Assembly (NCBI GenBank): GCA_002691465.1
Contig: NZHP01000036.1
Coordinates: forward strand, 20,116 to 84,115
DNA length: 64,000 bases
Origin: Gammaproteobacteria bacterium
GTDB lineage: Bacteria > Pseudomonadota > Gammaproteobacteria > Steroidobacterales > UBA11654
Direction of reading: 5' to 3'
In this document: positions 58,878 through 64,000 of the stretch, piece after piece
Numbering within the stretch: position 1 is the stretch's first letter
Layout: the number at the start of each line of letters is the position of its first letter
Made by a program: the position numbers and the translations under genes
Notes under the pieces: generated by a model
What the model saw: only the letters and a program-made list of their open reading frames with translations
Told to the model about the DNA's origin: nothing
Databases searched by the model: none

Positions 58878-61344
58878 CTTTTTCATTGTCCACATCAGTA
58901 TACCTTGCGATTCTGAATCCAACATCCAATCTTCCTTGCGTTCCATAATCTCTGAAAGCAAAACGAAGCTTTGTGAGAGATGAATCTCTCCAACTTGATC
59001 CTTTGATTACTCTTGCGGTTCCTTCAGACGGACCTGAGGGATCATTTTCCACCAATCGGAGTTGACGCGTTGGAACAGCATAATAATCAGAGACCCACTC
59101 AGCCACATTGCCTCCGAGATCATAAATTCCTAACAAATTTGGATAAAATCGTCCTGAAGGTGCAGTGACTGGATAACCGTCCCAGTAATCACTGAGTACA
59201 TTTGTCAAAAGACTTTCTGTTGATTCATCCGCATAATTTCCACTTTCTTCAACGGGAGGCATGCTGTCGCCCCATGGATATCTTTGCTCGCCTGCCCCAC
59301 CATTGTATCTTGAAACCCATTCCCATTCGGCTTCTGTCGGCAATCTGTACCCATTCGTCACTGGCTTTTTGAGCTTATATTGCCCATCAACATTCTCATA
59401 AGCAGGCATCAAAGATTCCTGCTGACTTAACCAATTGCAATAAGCTGCTGCATCAGACCAACTGACCATCACAGTTGGATGCATTCCATTGGAAAGCTCT
59501 CTGAACATTTCAGCACCGGATGTGTGCTTTGGTTTGAAAGCTCTGAACTCATTGTTCGTCACTTCCTTTGTTCCAATATAAAAAGGCTTGGTGATCTCAA
59601 CCAATCTTTCATTCTCGTTTGACAACCTTCCTTGGGAGCGTCTGGGCGTTCCCATGATAAAAGAACCGGGTAAGATCAATTTCATTTCTTGTGATTGTGA
59701 GGTCATCAAAGTCTTTGGAATCGCAGCCAAAACCGCTTGCTCCTCGGTCAGTAGATTTACTTCAATTTTCTGTGGGTAATTCGGATTAGGGGTCATCTTA
59801 ATTTCTTGGCTGACCAAACCATCTTTCTTGACTTGCAGCAATTGTTGTTCGCTTATCATTTCAATATCAAAAGGAATCACGCCAATCAGATCACCCGCAC
59901 GATAAATCTTTGCTCCATCAGTGCCAATAAAGGATACTTGGCCAAAAATTGCTTGGAGTGAATACTCATAAACTTCCCGTTCTTTACCTTCTGAGGACAA
60001 GCCCTCAATGGTATCGAGATTAACGCGTTTATTGATATCTTTATAACCGGGTTTTGAAACTATCAACTCATGATCGACAAGAGGTTCAAGCATGATTTCA
60101 ATCGGAGTTAAACCTCTATACAAAGAATTGATATTGACCGATGCACCTTCCGGCGTAGTGACTATATTTAATGGTATATCGAGTCGAGAAAGCGTTAATG
60201 AGTCGAGCGAGATAGATTGCTGAGCAACAATATCCAATTCGATAGGAAAATCTTTATATCCTGATTTTTTGAGTGATAGATTATTTTTACCTTGTATCAA
60301 CTGAATATTGGATGGAGTAATGCCTAATTTTATATCGCCGTTAAAAATGCTTGCGCCTTCAGGTTCAGAGATTACGCTTACATCTGCCCATGCAGGCTCA
60401 AGATCAAATGAGTATTCTTGTGTCTCACTCTTTCCTTCAACAAAGATTTTCTTCTTGACTGGAAAATATTTATCGAATCGAAGTTCGATTTCCCTCTCTC
60501 CAGCATTAAGCAATGGACCTTCCAGAATGAGGGTCTTAATACAATTATCTGATTTATTCTCGCAGGATTCAGATGAAAACCTCGATCCATCAATGAAAAG
60601 GTCAAATTCATCATAAAAATCTCCAAAATCTGGATCTGTAATCAATTTAATTTGGCCAGGAAGCCTTCTTAATTCGAAGTCAATGTCCTGTGAGTCACCG
60701 TCATCTATATTAATGACTTCATCATATTTGATGAAATAACCAGGAGCTTTGATTTCAATTGCATAACTACCGCTCCTTAGCAAATACCGCCCTCCAATAT
60801 TTGCTTTTGGAAACAATCCACCGCTTATAGATACCGTGACTTCATCGCTAATGAGGGTTTTATCTAATTGATCCAAAACATCAATCTTGACTGCTTTTGC
60901 TGTGAAAAAGTAAAAGGCAAAATAAATGATTAGAAGCGAGACGCAAGCTCCGATGTATCGCAAAGCTTTATTGTCAAATATGCTGTCTGATTGTCTTTTT
61001 TCAAATAAGGTAGGCTGTTCTTCGCTGATGTCATTGACCGAGAGCAGAAGGTCATTGCCGTCATGATTAAATTCGATAATTGCATTATTGATATGTATCT
61101 CATCTCCAGTCTCAATCCAATGGCTTCCCTTCAATCTCTCCCCATTCATCAAAACTTCAATGGATTGATTGGTAATTTGCAGTAGGTATTTATCGCCTAT
61201 CCGATCAATGGTCGCAGCCAAACCTTGAGCAAGCGATCCTGATATCAGAACATCAGAATTGAGATCAGTACCAATCCTTATAGGGAAATTATCTTGCTCA
61301 ATCGTTTTAGATTGATTGCCATTTTGAATAATAATTTTGCTCAT
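58861..61344 (-). CDS. FHA-like / TM / PEGA-repeat / FGE-sulfatase (SUMF1-like) domain protein
   Basis: N-terminal IRIGT...NGE...GDEI FHA-like fold, one TM, PEGA repeats (SEPEGASI..G.TP; TTPEGASV..G.TP), C-terminal EVTN..F, RLPTEAEWE, GNVAEW, GFRIAR. Confidence 0.85.
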   Translation of the reverse strand: MSKIIIQNGNQSKTIEQDNFPIRIGTDLNSDVLISGSLAQGLAATIDRIGDKYLLQITNQSIEVLMNGERLKGSHWIETGDEIHINNAIIEFNHDGNDLLLSVNDISEEQPTLFEKRQSDSIFDNKALRYIGACVSLLIIYFAFYFFTAKAVKIDVLDQLDKTLISDEVTVSISGGLFPKANIGGRYLLRSGSYAIEIKAPGYFIKYDEVINIDDGDSQDIDFELRRLPGQIKLITDPDFGDFYDEFDLFIDGSRFSSESCENKSDNCIKTLILEGPLLNAGEREIELRFDKYFPVKKKIFVEGKSETQEYSFDLEPAWADVSVISEPEGASIFNGDIKLGITPSNIQLIQGKNNLSLKKSGYKDFPIELDIVAQQSISLDSLTLSRLDIPLNIVTTPEGASVNINSLYRGLTPIEIMLEPLVDHELIVSKPGYKDINKRVNLDTIEGLSSEGKEREVYEYSLQAIFGQVSFIGTDGAKIYRAGDLIGVIPFDIEMISEQQLLQVKKDGLVSQEIKMTPNPNYPQKIEVNLLTEEQAVLAAIPKTLMTSQSQEMKLILPGSFIMGTPRRSQGRLSNENERLVEITKPFYIGTKEVTNNEFRAFKPKHTSGAEMFRELSNGMHPTVMVSWSDAAAYCNWLSQQESLMPAYENVDGQYKLKKPVTNGYRLPTEAEWEWVSRYNGGAGEQRYPWGDSMPPVEESGNYADESTESLLTNVLSDYWDGYPVTAPSGRFYPNLLGIYDLGGNVAEWVSDYYAVPTRQLRLVENDPSGPSEGTARVIKGSSWRDSSLTKLRFAFRDYGTQGRLDVGFRIARYTDVDNEKDENNN

Positions 61345-62822
61345 ATTTTCTTATTGCAAACAATTCTGATTCTTTGGTTCTGCTGATTCGGCGCTACTCT
61401 GAATCTTATGGTTTCATCTTTAAAGCCTCTTCGACTACCTCTAGCAGTATAAATTCCTGGCCTCAAGGAAACTATTCTTTGCAAAAAAGTGCCCATTTGA
61501 TCGACTTTAAAGATTGTTACCTCGGTCAGCTCATCCGATTCAAATATGACATCAATTGGAATCAATGCAACTTGGATCAAAGCATCTAACTTTTGAATAG
61601 ATTCTTGCAATTTGGGTCCGATTCGCTCGATCGACCTCGCTGTGTCTAATATTGCTTGAGCTTGTCCCAGAACCTTATTGTCATTATAGGAGTCGCTTCT
61701 GGTTATGATGGATTTCATTTCAGAGGCAAGCAAAATCCTGGATTCAACTCTACTAAGACTCTCTTTGACCTCCTCAATATTTGGATCAATTACAAGAATG
61801 TCTTCATAAAAGCCCTTCGCTTGCTTCCATTCCTCATTGACTTCTGCGATCAAGCCTTTGTACTTGAGTGATTTTGTGAGACTAGCAATTCTTTTTAAAT
61901 TCAGCTCATCAAGCGCCTGTTTAGCCTCTTGTGAGTTTGGCCGAATTAATAAAGATTGATTAAACAAGTCCTCGGCTTCCTCAAAATTCTCTTCATTTAA
62001 ATATTGATATCCCTTTGAGATTGATTCCTGGAATATCTCTTCTTCAAATGATTTTTTGGATCGGTTGAGTCCATTCTTTGCGGGTTCCCAATTTGAATCA
62101 ATTGACAGAGCATCTTCAAATGATTGAATGGCAAGCTCATAGTTTCCCATGTCAAATTCAATTTGACCTTTTTGCGTCCTCTCTAAGACTTGATCAAGCT
62201 TTAGGGCGCGATCCAAACCCTCTTTGGCTTCTAAATTGCTTCCATCAATGGCCAGGGCAATTTCATAACTAGCAATCGCATCGTCCTTATTGCCATCCAG
62301 GATTGATGCCTTTCCTGATTCAAGTGCATTGGATAAAACATTCGGTATAGAGATCTCCATGTCTGATAGTTTTTGAAGAGCTTGTCGATATTGATCTGCA
62401 GCAATATCATACTTCTGCTCAAGGAATGCTGAATCGCCCTCTTGTTGTGCAATGAGTACGTCTTCCCACTCTCTCATTCCCCAAAAAAGAATGCCCTTAA
62501 GCTTTAAGGACTCAATCTTTATGAGTAGTTCAGAAAGCAGTGCTTCGGCAATTGGTTTCTGAGCGAGTATTTCTTGATTTGGAATGAGGATTGGATTTTC
62601 GTCTATCTCTTGGGTCGGCATATCCTCGTTGTCATCTTGAACAATTGAAGGAAGAATAAAAACAACAAGAACCAATAAAAAAGTTAGACCAAACAGGACT
62701 CCAGCTCCTTTTCGAAAACTGACCGACCTTGACCGCTCTTTCTCTAGTTTCTGCTGATATAAGGTTTTTTCATCAGATTTTACTGATGCATCAGTGGTTC
62801 TTTGATCAGTCGACTCACTCAT
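61341..62822 (-). CDS. Membrane-anchored TPR protein with C-terminal PEGA-like beta domain
   Basis: One N-terminal TM, repeated A..YE.AL.ID..N.EA TPR units, C-terminal LRPGIYTARGSRRGFKD. Confidence 0.75.
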   Translation of the reverse strand: MSESTDQRTTDASVKSDEKTLYQQKLEKERSRSVSFRKGAGVLFGLTFLLVLVVFILPSIVQDDNEDMPTQEIDENPILIPNQEILAQKPIAEALLSELLIKIESLKLKGILFWGMREWEDVLIAQQEGDSAFLEQKYDIAADQYRQALQKLSDMEISIPNVLSNALESGKASILDGNKDDAIASYEIALAIDGSNLEAKEGLDRALKLDQVLERTQKGQIEFDMGNYELAIQSFEDALSIDSNWEPAKNGLNRSKKSFEEEIFQESISKGYQYLNEENFEEAEDLFNQSLLIRPNSQEAKQALDELNLKRIASLTKSLKYKGLIAEVNEEWKQAKGFYEDILVIDPNIEEVKESLSRVESRILLASEMKSIITRSDSYNDNKVLGQAQAILDTARSIERIGPKLQESIQKLDALIQVALIPIDVIFESDELTEVTIFKVDQMGTFLQRIVSLRPGIYTARGSRRGFKDETIRFRVAPNQQNQRIRIVCNKKI

Positions 62823-62831
62823 GAGTTTTGA

Positions 62832-64000
62832 TTATTCAGCCTGAGCCTGAGGAATGCTGAAACCTGTCTCGTCAATGTAAATTTCTTTGAGAAGCCTTCG
62901 CCACTCTTGAAACTTTTCCTCGGCGCTACCAGATAATCGAATTGTTTGTCCTTCCAATTCGATAACCAGCGGTTGCGCTTGGGCATCAAAGTCTGCTCCG
63001 GATTCTTTTAATGATTCCTGATAAATCTTTGCTTCAGAAGCCTTTGAGAAGCCGCTTCTCATTGCTTCCATTCCGCCGTAAATGGCCATTTGTCTAGCCG
63101 TACTGCTCGCTCTGCTGTCCCCATCCGTAGCCAAAGCGCCTGCCAATGCCACAGCCCCCAATATTTTTCTGGTTCTGGCAGATCTTTGGAGTTCCTCATA
63201 GGTAATCATGTCTTCCCTAGAAAGCCTTCTCCAATCTTCGTAAGGCTGCGATAAGTTTTCATAAAGTTGACCATAATACTCATTCAAAGTATCGAGCAGC
63301 AAGAATTCTCTCTCTTGCACCTCGAGTATTCTTTGCATGATCTCGTCATCTTCAGAAGGAAGACGTTCCAGCGAATAAACATTCTTCTTATTTTTGGAAA
63401 TGTAATCATCGTAAACGGGTATCAGCTCTGAAGCAAAACGTATTTCTCCAGTTTGAGATAGTCGAATGAGCTCGTCTCTGGCCTTGGATTGTTTGATTTG
63501 CAAGAGATCATTGGCGATCTTATTAAAGATATTTTGATATGGGTCTTGTGTGATATCTCTTCGTTTGCTGTAAGAGCTCTTGGCAATATTTGACTTGTAT
63601 GTTTTATTGACCCATTGAGTTCCAACAATATCCCATACTCCGATTTTTAATTCCACATCAAGACCATCGGATTTTTCAATTCTACCAACAACGATTAGAT
63701 CAATGGCTTTTGATCTCTCGGGAAGAACCCACACACCACCCCAGTGACCAGTGCTCTCCAAAGTCTTTTTTAGATGGTATGGCATATATCTAGCCTCAGC
63801 CTTTCTGATTTCAGGAAAAATCATCGGATTCTCCTTTTCAGGTACATTCGGATCAAAGAGCATGATCCCTATATCGAGCAATTCTTCGAATGGGATTTCG
63901 GTTTGAGCGATATCAAGCTGAACTTTCTCGTACTTAATTGTCTTTGCCTCTGTTTGGTGACTTCCAATGAAGAGCATCAAAGAGAGGAATGAAAGTGTCT
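62832..64000 (-). CDS. Exported hypothetical protein (5' end beyond window)
   Basis: Frame stays open to the window edge (TLSFLSLMLFIGSHQTEA signal-like); internal Gly/Ala-rich segment ILGAVALAGALA; 9 bp from the TPR gene. Confidence 0.7.
   Translation of the reverse strand, partial: TLSFLSLMLFIGSHQTEAKTIKYEKVQLDIAQTEIPFEELLDIGIMLFDPNVPEKENPMIFPEIRKAEARYMPYHLKKTLESTGHWGGVWVLPERSKAIDLIVVGRIEKSDGLDVELKIGVWDIVGTQWVNKTYKSNIAKSSYSKRRDITQDPYQNIFNKIANDLLQIKQSKARDELIRLSQTGEIRFASELIPVYDDYISKNKKNVYSLERLPSEDDEIMQRILEVQEREFLLLDTLNEYYGQLYENLSQPYEDWRRLSREDMITYEELQRSARTRKILGAVALAGALATDGDSRASSTARQMAIYGGMEAMRSGFSKASEAKIYQESLKESGADFDAQAQPLVIELEGQTIRLSGSAEEKFQEWRRLLKEIYIDETGFSIPQAQAE

Noticed and set aside
58878-58961. 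Extended start of the 108-aa ORF
   Set aside because: Overlaps the FGE domain coding region; the signal peptide begins at 58877
1-64000. tRNA, rRNA, CRISPR array, IS or prophage; the many 60-120 aa ORFs nested in larger genes
   Set aside because: No cloverleaf, repeat-spacer array, transposase, integrase or phage gene seen by eye; nested ORFs are antisense or off-frame shadows of well-supported genes

Overview
AT-rich, very tightly packed chromosomal segment, most consistent with a genome-streamlined Gammaproteobacterium (inferred from gene families and gene order; not assignable further from this window). 1-30 kb is core genome: sucDC, coaE-zapD, secA, a rearranged dcw cluster, rnpB, rsmI, sspA, petABC, murA, kdsD-lptC-lptB and mgtE. 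In the dcw cluster all four Mur ligases (murC/D/E/F) are absent from their usual slots and ftsZ sits between mraZ and rsmH. 30-55 kb holds catabolic and metabolic genes: CoA-transferase, bicupin, VOC, M24, FAD oxidoreductase, fadB/fadA-like genes, amidase, GST, ferredoxin, a two-component system coupled to a red-chlorophyll-catabolite-reductase-like gene, a Bacillus-type icd, azurin and a head-to-head ilvN/ilvB pair. 55.7-64 kb is a coupled operon that looks like an uncharacterised proton-driven envelope machine: a MotA/TolQ/ExbB channel, two ExbD-like-anchor/coiled-coil/VWA proteins, an FHA-like-TM-PEGA-FGE protein, a TPR protein and two exported proteins. I saw no tRNA, rRNA, CRISPR array or mobile element. 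All family calls come from motif recognition by eye, not database searches.
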